Positions 10,143 to 20,361 of a stretch of DNA of 64,000 nucleotides are shown one piece after another. The stretch's first letter is position 1. Each line of letters opens with the position of its first letter. Both the position numbers and the translations under genes were made by a program. Below the pieces are notes generated by a model. The model saw only the letters and a list, made by a program, of their open reading frames with translations. It did not search any database and was not told the origin of the DNA. Location: positions 512,001 through 576,000 of the forward strand of contig OZ244732.1 in assembly GCA_965219345.1 (NCBI GenBank), given 5' to 3'. This DNA is from Nitrosopumilus sp. (lineage in GTDB: Archaea; Thermoproteota; Nitrososphaeria; Nitrososphaerales; Nitrosopumilaceae).

Positions 10143-11264
10143 TCAAGCTATTGTTGCTAGTTTTTTGCAAATCATATAGACTGCTGCAAATATTGGGAGA
10201 GTAACTTTTTCGTTGATAAATGGGCCAAATTTTTTGTTTTTAAGGCAGAATTCTATTGGACAGTTTGCAAAAACTTCGACGGATTCATCACTTAGAAAAG
10301 ATGCTTCAGAATATGGATCAAATTTAGTTAAATTTTTACAAGGAATTTTTGTGAGACCACTCTTGCTGTTAATAGAACCAGGTAGCCTAAAGATCCTATG
10401 AATATCCATAGTAACACTGGGATCAATTTTTACTCCAATATTTTCTGAGACATCATCAAGAGTTTTTTGGAAAGAAGAATAGCCATTTACAAGTAACTCT
10501 GAAATAATTTTTGAGCGTTTTGATTTAGAACTAAACACTTGTTTGGAAAATCTTCCTCTCCATCCCTTTTCATTAAAATCTGGAAAAGATGAGCGATTTG
10601 GTTTGGATTCCTTCATTCCAAATGTTTCAGGAATAATTCCGTTTAACATAATGTAATCTGCAAGTTCTGATCTTTCTCTAGAACCAATTTGTTGAAATTG
10701 TGAACCATACACATAAACATGAAATCCTTCATTTCCAGAAAAATAGACATGGATATTTTCTTGAGTTATTGCCAGATCATCAATTAGAATTTCAGATAGT
10801 TTAGCTACTTCAGTTTTTGAGGAATCAATACAATTTTTGCAGGGAAGAGATTTTTTTTCTATTTTTCTTGAATTACATTTTAAACAGTGTTCAGAATTTT
10901 TTGAAACTTCATTACATTCATTACATATTGATACTGTATGATTTTCTCTGCAAGGTAAATTAAGATCTTTTGCATCTATATCAAAAATCAGATCTGCTTC
11001 TTTCCAGTCTTTTTCGTTCATTGGTAAATTAGGAAATGAATAATATGCATTTGAACAATAAACATCAGATGGAATATTTTGCATGAATAAGAGGTGTAAT
11101 TCCTTATCATCTTTGATTGAGATGTGACGAGTCATTCCAGAATTGAATTTTTGATAGCCAAATTCTCTTTCAAATGTACGTTCAGGTACTCTGATTAGAT
11201 CAAAATGCTCAAAATAGTATTTTTTGAATGAATCTTCTAGGAATTTAACGTCAGTTTGTTGCAT
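10143..11264 (-). CDS. priS: DNA primase catalytic subunit
   Basis: REFG, LIFDID, FSGNEGFHV, IDPSVT.D..RIFRLPGS. Confidence 0.95.
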   Translation of the reverse strand: MQQTDVKFLEDSFKKYYFEHFDLIRVPERTFEREFGYQKFNSGMTRHISIKDDKELHLLFMQNIPSDVYCSNAYYSFPNLPMNEKDWKEADLIFDIDAKDLNLPCRENHTVSICNECNEVSKNSEHCLKCNSRKIEKKSLPCKNCIDSSKTEVAKLSEILIDDLAITQENIHVYFSGNEGFHVYVYGSQFQQIGSRERSELADYIMLNGIIPETFGMKESKPNRSSFPDFNEKGWRGRFSKQVFSSKSKRSKIISELLVNGYSSFQKTLDDVSENIGVKIDPSVTMDIHRIFRLPGSINSKSGLTKIPCKNLTKFDPYSEASFLSDESVEVFANCPIEFCLKNKKFGPFINEKVTLPIFAAVYMICKKLATIA

Positions 11265-12289
11265 TACTTTCTCTTCTTTCCAAATTGTAGTGGATTAATG
11301 ATATTATCACATTCTGGCGTAGCAAAACAGAGATCTTGTGTTTTTAGTTTCTTACAAGAAGGGCAAATGTATTTTGTACCACTTCCAGAAGTTCCAGCCA
11401 GATGATTTAGTTGGTAAAGTGTAACTCGTTCATTATAATCAGGAGCATTTTTGAACAATGGTGCAATTTGTTCTACTGATTGACCTTTTGATAGTAAAAA
11501 AGCTGCCAACATGAATCTTCCAGAGTGTGGAAGGTTTTCACCTTTTTCAAGCTCTTCAATTGCATGTTTAATACATGGAGGATGTTCTCCAGTAGTTACT
11601 GTAAAAGTTATAAATTTTTTTGACAGTAAAGCAAGTTTGTTTACATAATCTTCAAAACCAGAAATCATTGAAGGTGTTTTTGCATTAATAATTTTTGAAT
11701 TGATGTACGTTCCTAATTCTTTTCTTATCAATCTGACTGTTTCATGTGGAGTAAGAAAGACTTGTCCATTTTCCACATGTCTATTGATTAGTTTCCATTC
11801 TCTTTCATGAAAATTGATCGAATGTTTCAGATAATCATATACTGGAATGACAAAATAACTATCAAGTTGCTCGACTTGAACTGAAAAGAGATCATCAATT
11901 ATTCTAATTGCTAGTTCTTTTTTTGACTCGCCAGAAATATTTGCTAGATCTTTTTCAAGATATTTTTCTGCACGTCTTGCTTCTGCAAGTGCAAATCTCT
12001 TGATTAGAGTATGCATGCCACTTAGTTTCAATAGTACTATAGCTAAAAGAAACGAGAAAACCTCCCTGGGTAAAGCTGCCTCTTTTGAGACCTGATCTCC
12101 AATTAGATCAGATTTGTAGATCTTTCCATCCGCAGCAACCTGAATTCGTTCAAATGCCTTGTCAACTAGTTGTTTTAGATCAGGATCACTTCCAAACTGT
12201 TCAAGCGTAAATCCCTTATCTTTGAGATACTGACCAGCATCTGCTAAGAATGGATACTTTGCAATTTCGTCTTGTCCTAGTGCTAACAT
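11264..12289 (-). CDS. priL: DNA primase large subunit
   Basis: KYPFL, PPCI, NLPHSGRF, C-terminal Fe-S cysteines (CPSC..L....C....C). Confidence 0.95.
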   Translation of the reverse strand: MLALGQDEIAKYPFLADAGQYLKDKGFTLEQFGSDPDLKQLVDKAFERIQVAADGKIYKSDLIGDQVSKEAALPREVFSFLLAIVLLKLSGMHTLIKRFALAEARRAEKYLEKDLANISGESKKELAIRIIDDLFSVQVEQLDSYFVIPVYDYLKHSINFHEREWKLINRHVENGQVFLTPHETVRLIRKELGTYINSKIINAKTPSMISGFEDYVNKLALLSKKFITFTVTTGEHPPCIKHAIEELEKGENLPHSGRFMLAAFLLSKGQSVEQIAPLFKNAPDYNERVTLYQLNHLAGTSGSGTKYICPSCKKLKTQDLCFATPECDNIINPLQFGKKRK

Positions 12290-12374
12290 GATAGTAATTT
12301 ACCTAGTTTACTTAAAAATCTGGTTTTAAAATTTGGACGCTAGTTTAAATTATGTTTTGAGAAAGTGATCAAAT

Positions 12375-13214
12375 ATGCAGATCGGCTGTCATGTCTCAAT
12401 AGCAGGATCAATTGACAAGGCAGTTGATAATGCTGTTAAAAGAGAATGTTCTGCTTTTCAAATATTTACAAGAAACCCAAGAGGATGGCACGCAAAAGAA
12501 CTCACCAAAGAAGATATTACTAATTTTAAATCTAAATTAAAAGCAAGTAAAATTGACAGATTTGCAACTTGTGCACATATGCCATATTTGCCAAACCTTG
12601 CCACTCCGAAAGAAGATGGATTTGAAAAATCTTTGAAAACTTTGATAAATGAAATTGAAAGATGTGCACAATTAGGAATTCCATACCTTGTAACACATCT
12701 TGGTAGTCATTTGGGAACAGGTGATGAGGCCGGAATTAAGAAACTGGTAAAAGGCTTGACAATAGCAGGAGAAACAAAAAATGATGTAACAATTCTATTA
12801 GAGAATACTGCAGGTCAGAAGAACTCTGTTGGTTCTAATTTTAAACAGCTGGGAGAAATTTTTAATCAATTAAAGCCCACAAAAAAATTTGGTGTTTGTT
12901 TTGATTCTTGTCATGCATTTGTTGCAGGATATGATTTGAGAACTGAAGAAAAAGTTAAGGAAACTTTTGATGAATTTGATAAATATGTAGGAATAGAAAA
13001 TTTGAAAATTCTCCACCTAAATGATGCTAAAGGAGATATTGGTTGTAATCTTGATAGACACTATCATCTAGGATTAGGTGGAATTGGAGAAAAAGGCATT
13101 GCTGCTGTCGTAAAGTTTGCCAACAAGAAAAAAATTCCTATAATTTTAGAGACTCCAATAGATGATGACAGAGATGACTTTGAGAACATCAGAAAGGCAA
13201 AGGAATTTGCGTAG
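12375..13214 (+). CDS. nfo: endonuclease IV (AP endonuclease)
   Basis: GCHVS, HMPYLPN, HLGS, ENTAG, DSCH, HLND, DRH, ILETP. Confidence 0.95.
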   Translation: MQIGCHVSIAGSIDKAVDNAVKRECSAFQIFTRNPRGWHAKELTKEDITNFKSKLKASKIDRFATCAHMPYLPNLATPKEDGFEKSLKTLINEIERCAQLGIPYLVTHLGSHLGTGDEAGIKKLVKGLTIAGETKNDVTILLENTAGQKNSVGSNFKQLGEIFNQLKPTKKFGVCFDSCHAFVAGYDLRTEEKVKETFDEFDKYVGIENLKILHLNDAKGDIGCNLDRHYHLGLGGIGEKGIAAVVKFANKKKIPIILETPIDDDRDDFENIRKAKEFA

Positions 13215-13245
13215 AGATTTATTCAATGACTGAGGCAATCTAATA

Positions 13246-14703
13246 ATGGATTATGAAGCAGTTATGAAATTGGCACTTGAGCGTGGATTTTACTTTCCTA
13301 GCTGTGAGGTTTATGCAGACGCACAAGCTGGATTCTGGGAGTATGGACCATCCGGAGTCAGTTTGAAAAATAAATTTCTTGAATTATGGAGAAGAGAACT
13401 TATCAGAAGAGATGGGATGATTGAGATTGATGGTTCTCAAATTATGTCAAAATCAGTTTTTGAGGCATCAGGTCATTTGAGTAACTTTGCTGATCCAATA
13501 ATAAAATGTACAAAATGTAATTCAACATTTAGAGCAGATAGAACAATTTTAGATGTTGCACAGATTGAGATTTCTGAAAGTGCAGAGTTAGATGAATTTG
13601 ATAATGCCATTTCACAAAATAACATAAAGTGTCCAAAATGCAAAGGAGACTTTGAAAAGACAAAGAAGTTCAACATGATGTTCAGAGTTGGCATTGGACC
13701 AGAAGGGGAAGAAGCATACCTTAGACCTGAGACATGTCAATCAATCTTTGTTGATTTCCCCAGACTCTTTAAGACTATGCGAGGAAAACTTCCTTTGAGA
13801 ATTGCCCAAGTTGGAAAAAGTTTTAGAAATGAGATCTCACCAAGACAGAGTCTTCTTCGACTACGTGAATTTTACCAAGCAGAGATAGAGATATTTTGTA
13901 ATCCTTCAAGACTAGGTGAGGTTGAAAAGTTTGCAGAGATTCAAGATACCATAATCAGAGTACAGACAGATTCTGAACCAGTTGCTATGACTTGTAAAGA
14001 AGCAATAGAGTCTGGAGCTGTTCCAAACAAGTTTGTGGCATATTATTTGGGAATCTTGACTGAATTTTATGAAAAGACGGGTATTGATATTTCAAAAAGT
14101 AGATTTAGGAAGTTAGGAGACAAAGAAAAGGCATTCTATGCAGAAGTTGCATTTGACTTTGAAGTAGAAACTACAATTGGATGGCTTGAGCTTGTAGCAT
14201 GTAACTATAGATCAGATTATGACTTATCCAGCCATGCAAGCAAGAGTAAAGAGAAATTTGAAGTAATGGATAACGATGAGAAGGTTCTACCACATGTCTT
14301 TGAGATCTCAATGGGAATTGATAGGAGTCTTTATACAATTTTGGAGCATTCATTAAAAAATGACGAAGAACATGAGAGGGTAGTTTTATCATTAAAACCA
14401 TATTTGTCACCAATTCATGTAGGCATTCTTTCATTAGTCAAAAAAGATGGATTAAAAGAGAAAACAGATGAGATTTTTCTAAACATCAAAAGAAAGTTTG
14501 ACGCATTTTTGGATCATTCAGGCGCAATAGGCAGAAGATATAGAAGACTGGATGAGGTTGGTGCACCATTTGCAGTTACAGTTGATCATCAGACATTAGA
14601 AGATAATACTGTAACAATTAGAAAGAGAGATTCTATGGAACAAAGCAGAATAAGTGTATCTGAAATAGATTCAGTTCTTTCTGAATCGGTTGCATTTCCC
14701 TAA
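13246..14703 (+). CDS. glyS: glycine--tRNA ligase (class II, homodimeric type)
   Basis: YLRPETCQ, GKSFRNEISPRQ.L.RLREF.QAE, GIDR, anticodon domain IGRRYRR.DEVG. Confidence 0.96.
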   Translation: MDYEAVMKLALERGFYFPSCEVYADAQAGFWEYGPSGVSLKNKFLELWRRELIRRDGMIEIDGSQIMSKSVFEASGHLSNFADPIIKCTKCNSTFRADRTILDVAQIEISESAELDEFDNAISQNNIKCPKCKGDFEKTKKFNMMFRVGIGPEGEEAYLRPETCQSIFVDFPRLFKTMRGKLPLRIAQVGKSFRNEISPRQSLLRLREFYQAEIEIFCNPSRLGEVEKFAEIQDTIIRVQTDSEPVAMTCKEAIESGAVPNKFVAYYLGILTEFYEKTGIDISKSRFRKLGDKEKAFYAEVAFDFEVETTIGWLELVACNYRSDYDLSSHASKSKEKFEVMDNDEKVLPHVFEISMGIDRSLYTILEHSLKNDEEHERVVLSLKPYLSPIHVGILSLVKKDGLKEKTDEIFLNIKRKFDAFLDHSGAIGRRYRRLDEVGAPFAVTVDHQTLEDNTVTIRKRDSMEQSRISVSEIDSVLSESVAFP

Positions 14704-14793
14704 GTATTTGTCTAGTCTGAATAGACAGTGATCATTTCAGAATGTATATTGTGTTTAACTTTAACAGTCATGTCCATGACTCCTGACATACAG

Positions 14794-15153
14794 TCAAGTT
14801 ATTCTATCAAGAATTGCAACAGTATTCCAATTTGAATTATAAACAACAGGAACATGTTTAGCTAAAGTAACAGAATCAGATATTGCAACAGAATCTTTTG
14901 ATGTATCTTTATCAAAAATTATAGCTTGAATTTTTTCATTATTTTTTTCTAAAACAACATCATCAGAAATTTCTAATGCTCCAGTTTTTTGTGTAGAATA
15001 AAGTGTAGTGTATTGTAAATCATTTACTTCATTTGAAAAAGTATATCCACTTGCAAGCTGTAAGCTAGCTTGTAGCATTGATACAACAGACAATGATAAA
15101 ACAAGAATTGCAAAAATTGCAAGATTTCTTGTTTCAAACATTTTACATTTCAT
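14794..15153 (-). pseudogene. signal-peptide-bearing ORF, probably the truncated 5' remnant of a large secreted protein
   Basis: Hydrophobic N-terminus, ISD.V.L repeats, abrupt end; lies in an AT-rich tract between glyS and a glyS-end duplicate. Confidence 0.45.
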
Positions 15154-15428
15154 ACAAAATATTCAATTTTTTTTTTGCATTAAGCTGAGGGGAATATTTG
15201 AAACAGATCGAGTACCAATACGGTAATTTTGTATGCAATAATAACCATATTGGAACTAACACATTTTTATCTTATTTTATGAATATCATATATTTTCTTG
15301 TAAAAAATGAATGTTATTTAGAAAAAAATTGCATCATGATATAGATTGAAATTAAATTTTGGAATGTTTAATCACATACTTCAACTGAATTAATGTAAAA
15401 AAATATTCAGAACTAAATCGTTATGTAG

Positions 15429-15510
15429 TTTGCAGTTACAGTTGATCACAAATATTAGAAGATAATGTATTAACGACAATTAAAAGAATAGAGTCCATAA
15501 AACAAAAGAT
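15429..15510 (+). repeat. degenerate direct repeat of the glyS 3' region (14569-about 14650)
   Basis: TTTGCAGTTACAGTTGATCA identical at 14569-14588 and 15429-15448, followed by ATTAGAAGATAAT and further decaying similarity. Confidence 0.85.
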
Positions 15511-15577
15511 GTTATTTTAAAATTGAAAACAATATTTTTTGTTACTAATTATTTTTAAGTTAAAATATTATTTCAAA

Positions 15578-16228
15578 CTAAGAGATGTTCTTAGACTTGT
15601 AATATTTACAACTTTTTTTAATTTTACATACATCACACATTGGTGTAATTGGTTTGCAAATATTCTGACCAAACATAACAAAAGTATCATTTATGTCAAG
15701 CCAATATTTTTTTTTAATTTTTTTCATTAATTCTAGTTCTGTGTCTTCTGGATTTTTTGTATCTACTAACCCTAATCTGTTTGAGATCCTATGAACATGA
15801 ATGTCAACTGGAATAGCTGGTTTATCATATGCATAAACTAGAACACAGTTAGCTGTCTTTCGTCCAACTCCCGGTAGCTGAACCAAAGTCTCCAAGTCAT
15901 CTGGAACTTTTCCTTTATACTTTGTATCAATTATCTTTGCAACCTCGATAATTCTTTTAGATTTTACATGATAGAAGCCTATTGATTTAATTATTTTCTC
16001 GACATCTTTTATCTTTGCGTTAGCAAGTTCGTTTGGATTTTTGTACTTTGAGAATAATACTTTGACTATTTTTGTTGTAGTTTCATCTTTAGTTCTTGCA
16101 GAAAGTATGGTTCCAATTAGTATACTAAACGGACCTGTTTCAGCTTCATGAAGCTCATTGAGTGCTGTCATTCTAGGCGGTTTTATAGAATTCATTGTAT
16201 CTATCATACCACAAAGAATTTTTTTCAT
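15578..16228 (-). CDS. nth: endonuclease III
   Basis: HhH motif LPGVGRKTA, PVDIHVHRISNRLG, C-terminal CKPITPMCDVCKIKKSC Fe-S motif. Confidence 0.95.
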   Translation of the reverse strand: MKKILCGMIDTMNSIKPPRMTALNELHEAETGPFSILIGTILSARTKDETTTKIVKVLFSKYKNPNELANAKIKDVEKIIKSIGFYHVKSKRIIEVAKIIDTKYKGKVPDDLETLVQLPGVGRKTANCVLVYAYDKPAIPVDIHVHRISNRLGLVDTKNPEDTELELMKKIKKKYWLDINDTFVMFGQNICKPITPMCDVCKIKKSCKYYKSKNIS

Positions 16229-16283
16229 TTCAATCTGAAAAACTACGTACAAGTATTATAACTGTGATAAGTAAGAATTTTCA

Positions 16284-17438
16284 TTGGAGCTTACAAGAGA
16301 AGAAGAATCTGCACTAAAGGGGGAACAAGGAGAAATTATGCAGATAGCATATAGAATTTTAGTTGCAACTGGTGAAGCAACAGATGCTGAGAAACTAATA
16401 CCAATAGACTGGGCCCATCTTTCTGGTGTAAACTATAACACTATTGGAGATGCAGGAGAAGAGTTTCTATCAGGTATCAGTAAAGATGCGAGAGTTAAAG
16501 TCAAAACAACTCTGAATCCAATGGGATTTGATATTGATAATGTATCAAATTATGGATTGGAGGAAAATTTTATCTCAAAACAACTATCAATTAAAAATTC
16601 ATATGAAACAATGGGAGTTACTCCTTCATTTTCATGTATTCCATATGAAATTTTTAATATCCCAAAAGATGGAACGCAAGTTGCGTTTGCTGAAAGCAAT
16701 GCTGCAATTCATGCAAATTCGTATGATAATCTAAAAACAAACAAGGAAAGTTCGTTTAGTGCACTTGCTAGTGCAATTACTGGCAAAAGTCCTTACGCTT
16801 CATTACGAAAAGAAGATTCTCCAAATATTACAATTAGAATGAAAGTAAAAAATCCAACTGAATTGACATATGGAATGCTTGGATTTTTTGCTGGTAAAGT
16901 TGGAGACACCTCTGTAAACGTCTCTGGTCTTGGAGAGATGGATAAACGACAATGCAAAGCAATGTGTGGTGGAATGGGGACATCAGGAACTTGTGCAAAG
17001 TTTCTTTTTGGAGAAGGAAATTCTGACTGTGAAAAAGTAGATTTTGATGAAAAAGAGATGCAAAATGTACATGATGAGCTAAATACTGCTGAGAAAGGTG
17101 ATTTGATCACACTTGGTAGTCCTCAATTAGGATTAGAAGAGATCTCTGATTTGGCTGGCAAACTAAAGGGTCGCTCTTTTAAGAATAGATGTATGATATT
17201 TTGTCCTAGAACTGTAAAGGAACAAGCAAGAAAAATTGGATACGCCAATGAACTTGAACATGCAGGATGTGAAATCCTTTCTGACTGTTGCACTTGTCTT
17301 ACTCCATTAATTAACAAAGATGACGTTGATGCAGTCACCACAAATAGTATCAAGGGTGCATTCTATCTTAAGAATTCTACGGGTGTAGATGTTAATCTGA
17401 AATCATTATCACAAATTGTTGAAGACGAGACAAGATGA
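16284..17438 (+). CDS. aconitase X large subunit, putative phosphomevalonate dehydratase large subunit
   Basis: AHLSGV.Y, SCIPY, FAESNA, LGSPQ, DCCTC, TNS.KGAFY; paired with the swivel subunit. Confidence 0.85.
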   Translation: MELTREEESALKGEQGEIMQIAYRILVATGEATDAEKLIPIDWAHLSGVNYNTIGDAGEEFLSGISKDARVKVKTTLNPMGFDIDNVSNYGLEENFISKQLSIKNSYETMGVTPSFSCIPYEIFNIPKDGTQVAFAESNAAIHANSYDNLKTNKESSFSALASAITGKSPYASLRKEDSPNITIRMKVKNPTELTYGMLGFFAGKVGDTSVNVSGLGEMDKRQCKAMCGGMGTSGTCAKFLFGEGNSDCEKVDFDEKEMQNVHDELNTAEKGDLITLGSPQLGLEEISDLAGKLKGRSFKNRCMIFCPRTVKEQARKIGYANELEHAGCEILSDCCTCLTPLINKDDVDAVTTNSIKGAFYLKNSTGVDVNLKSLSQIVEDETR

Positions 17439-17824
17439 TGAAGATTCTAGTTTCAGGAAAAGTACAAGGTATTGTTTTAAAATCTGAAAGCCCAATCAAT
17501 TTTTTAGGTACAGTTGATAAAAAAACTGGAGTTATTAGCGACAAGAATCATGATCTTTTTGAAAAGTCAATCAAAGATAGCATTCTTGTTTTTCCTTCAG
17601 GGGTTGGTAGTAGTGTTGGAGCGTATACAATTTATTCAATCAAATCAAACAATACTGCACCTCGTGCAATGATTTGTCAAAAAGTAGATCTTACAGTGGT
17701 TACTGGGTGTGCATTGGCAAATATTCCATTGATTATTATTTCTGATGAAGAATTTTTTTCTATCAAGAATGGAATGAAGATCTCACTTGATACAGACTCT
17801 TCTAATCCAATTCATTATCAGTAA
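17435..17824 (+). CDS. aconitase X swivelling (DUF126) subunit, putative phosphomevalonate dehydratase small subunit
   Basis: INFLGTVDKKTG, LVFPSGVGSSVG; overlaps the large-subunit stop. Confidence 0.85.
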   Translation: MMKILVSGKVQGIVLKSESPINFLGTVDKKTGVISDKNHDLFEKSIKDSILVFPSGVGSSVGAYTIYSIKSNNTAPRAMICQKVDLTVVTGCALANIPLIIISDEEFFSIKNGMKISLDTDSSNPIHYQ

Positions 17825-19754
17825 AATTTTCTTTATGTGAATCCCCAATGCCTGTTTCTTTAATCTGACTTTGACCAGCAGGTAAAACACGAACAAAGTC
17901 ATCTAAACTTATTTTCTTTGTAATTTCTTCATAAATTTTTGAAAATTCCACTCTTATTTTTTTGGCAGTGTCTACCATCTCTGATCCATGTGGTTCAATT
18001 ATTGCATAACAGATGGAATTTTTCTTAATAGTCTCGTGTGGGCCACATGTCAAGACATAATCATCCTCTTGAGGAATTATTCCTACAGCTAATTTGAGAT
18101 TTGTAGAATTGATAAAATTTCGCTGTCCTTCTATTGTAAAAGAACCTTTGGGAAGAAACTCTCCACTTGGTGCAGATTTTTTTACCTGTTCTGGATTAAC
18201 CCAAAAAGCACTTACTCCATACATTCCCTCTCTCCATGCACGACTAAAACAAACTGTAGCATGTGCAACTTCATTCATACTAGTAACTGGTGCATTTTTT
18301 GCATCTTTTAAAATAAAAAATGGTGATCCGTGAATATCTCCATGAAATATTTTATCGTCTTTTCCTAAATGTTTTCTAACTACAGCTGAATTTGATGCTG
18401 CATCTCTTCCACCAATTACAAGTAATCCATCAGATGTAAAGAACCACCTATATCTTTCATACCAGTTTTTCTTTCTAATTTCTGAAACTAGAATTAAATC
18501 CTTTTCAGATTCAGTTTTGTTCTGAAATTTTTCCAGCTTTTTCTTTGTTTTAGCTTTAATCTCTTCAATTGAAGTAATCGCATGAGATTGTTTTTTTGCT
18601 TCATCAAATAGAACTGACGCAATTGATTGGAGCGAAGCTTCAGTATTTATCTTGATTTTCTCATCTTGAATAACAATTAATGAAATTCCTTTTTCACTGA
18701 CTAATTTTGCATTATGACTAGCCAAAGTCTCCTGTGCAGTGACATCTTCTAATGATATTATACCGTTTGAAACCATCTCAAAAAGAGAATTTGCAACATT
18801 TGTAATGTTCTTTGATCTTTCCTTGACTGTTTCAATTGCCTTTTCTTGCTCAGAAATTTGGGTTTGTAATTCCTTGATTTTTTTATCAGAACTACTTGAT
18901 TGAATTGATTTTCCTTCTTCAACCAAGTCTTCTGTGAATACTGTATCTAGTCCTTCGATGAAACTATTGACATTTGTTATCTCTCCTTCTAATTCTCCTA
19001 ATCTTAATGGTAAAACTTCAGTTTTTTCATTTTTTACAATAATTGCATTATGTTTTCCTGATGAAACATCTGAAACAATCTTTTTTGTAGTTTCAAAAAT
19101 TTTCTTTATTTCTTCATGAGTTAACAGGTTTCCAGTCTTTTTTGAATCAATACATGCATTTTCAAAAATTCCCTCAACATATTTTTTTGGTAGCCCCAAA
19201 GTTCGTCCAAACCACTTTCCAGCAACCAAATCTGTTGTTTTTAGATCATCAAAATCTGATTCTGACATGTTAAAAATATCTAATCCACTTTTTGGGGGTT
19301 GCATATACTCTAGCCCAACGCGTAGCTTTCTATGCCTTACATCTATAGAATGCTGTAATGCAAGAATCTTCATATCATTATTGCAGAGTAAAATGTTACC
19401 ATCTCCAAAAAATTCACCAACCAAAACAAACTCTTTTCCAAATCCTTCAAAAGTAAAATATGCTATTCTTTCTGAACCGATCTGTTCTATTTTTTTTAAT
19501 TTTAGTCTAAGAAGATCACTTCTTAATCTTTTGAGTAATCTGTTTGGTTCCATCTGATCAATTTTCACTTTGGTTATCCAAACACCAAATGTTGAGATCA
19601 TCATGAAGAGATCACTTTTTTCAGTGTGATGAAGTTTGAAGAGAAGACTGTCTTTTGTAATTCCGTAAATATTGCTAACATAGTAGTCTTGAGCTTGTTT
19701 TGAAATCTGATCTACCAAATACCGTAATTCTATTCCTGCTAGTGTCATAACCAT
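17802..19754 (-). CDS. rqcH: ribosome quality control factor RqcH/NEMF (NFACT family)
   Basis: EFFGDGN, WYERYRWF, GGRDA, HGDIHGSP, QVKKSAPSGEFLPKGSF.I.G. Confidence 0.9.
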   Translation of the reverse strand: MVMTLAGIELRYLVDQISKQAQDYYVSNIYGITKDSLLFKLHHTEKSDLFMMISTFGVWITKVKIDQMEPNRLLKRLRSDLLRLKLKKIEQIGSERIAYFTFEGFGKEFVLVGEFFGDGNILLCNNDMKILALQHSIDVRHRKLRVGLEYMQPPKSGLDIFNMSESDFDDLKTTDLVAGKWFGRTLGLPKKYVEGIFENACIDSKKTGNLLTHEEIKKIFETTKKIVSDVSSGKHNAIIVKNEKTEVLPLRLGELEGEITNVNSFIEGLDTVFTEDLVEEGKSIQSSSSDKKIKELQTQISEQEKAIETVKERSKNITNVANSLFEMVSNGIISLEDVTAQETLASHNAKLVSEKGISLIVIQDEKIKINTEASLQSIASVLFDEAKKQSHAITSIEEIKAKTKKKLEKFQNKTESEKDLILVSEIRKKNWYERYRWFFTSDGLLVIGGRDAASNSAVVRKHLGKDDKIFHGDIHGSPFFILKDAKNAPVTSMNEVAHATVCFSRAWREGMYGVSAFWVNPEQVKKSAPSGEFLPKGSFTIEGQRNFINSTNLKLAVGIIPQEDDYVLTCGPHETIKKNSICYAIIEPHGSEMVDTAKKIRVEFSKIYEEITKKISLDDFVRVLPAGQSQIKETGIGDSHKENFTDNELD

Positions 19755-19850
19755 GTATTTTGTGTCTAAAATTATACTCTTGCTATAGTATGCTTAATCT
19801 GTGACCAAAGGTATTAAACATGGACTGCTTGAGACACGCTAGAAATTTAC

Positions 19851-20339
19851 TTGGCAAAATTCAAAAAGAAAAAATCTAAACCTATCTTTGAACCTGATGA
19901 TTCTAAGAAAGAATCTGTTAAGGAAGAATCAGTTGGTATTCCTGAAACAGAAAAATCAGAGCCTATTCCAGAAACCCCTTCAGTGGATCCCCCAATAAGT
20001 GAAGCTGCTAGGAGTGAGAAAGATAGGAAATTAAATAAATTATTTTGGATGCGAATTAGTTTAGCTATTATCGCAGGTACTGCAGCAACTTTCATCTTTG
20101 AAGATATTGAAGGTGAAGATAGAAGATGGGCTTCAATTGCATTTATGATAATAGTATTTTTTGGTTCAATTATAGTTGCAAAAGGAATGAAAATGCAATT
20201 ACCATCATCAGACAGAAAAAAAATTGTTACACAAGCTCTGGGAAGTTATGTCTTTCTATACTTATTCATTTGGATTTTAACTTATACAATTGTTAATTCA
20301 GGAAGTGTGTCAAGTGGAATTCCTACTCCGTTTTCCTAA
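19851..20339 (+). CDS. three-TM membrane protein, EMC6-like
   Basis: LFWMRISLAIIAGTAA...LGSYVFLYLFIWILTYTIV pattern recalls EMC6/Rab5ip. Confidence 0.55.
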   Translation: MAKFKKKKSKPIFEPDDSKKESVKEESVGIPETEKSEPIPETPSVDPPISEAARSEKDRKLNKLFWMRISLAIIAGTAATFIFEDIEGEDRRWASIAFMIIVFFGSIIVAKGMKMQLPSSDRKKIVTQALGSYVFLYLFIWILTYTIVNSGSVSSGIPTPFS

Positions 20340-20361
20340 TTTAGTTAAGGAAAGAATGTAA

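Noticed and set aside
14760-14796. TGA readthrough (selenocysteine) of the 14794-15153 ORF, given the nearby AGTCATG/CATGACT dyad
   Set aside because: The frame closes again 10 codons later and there is no selenoprotein context or recognisable SECIS
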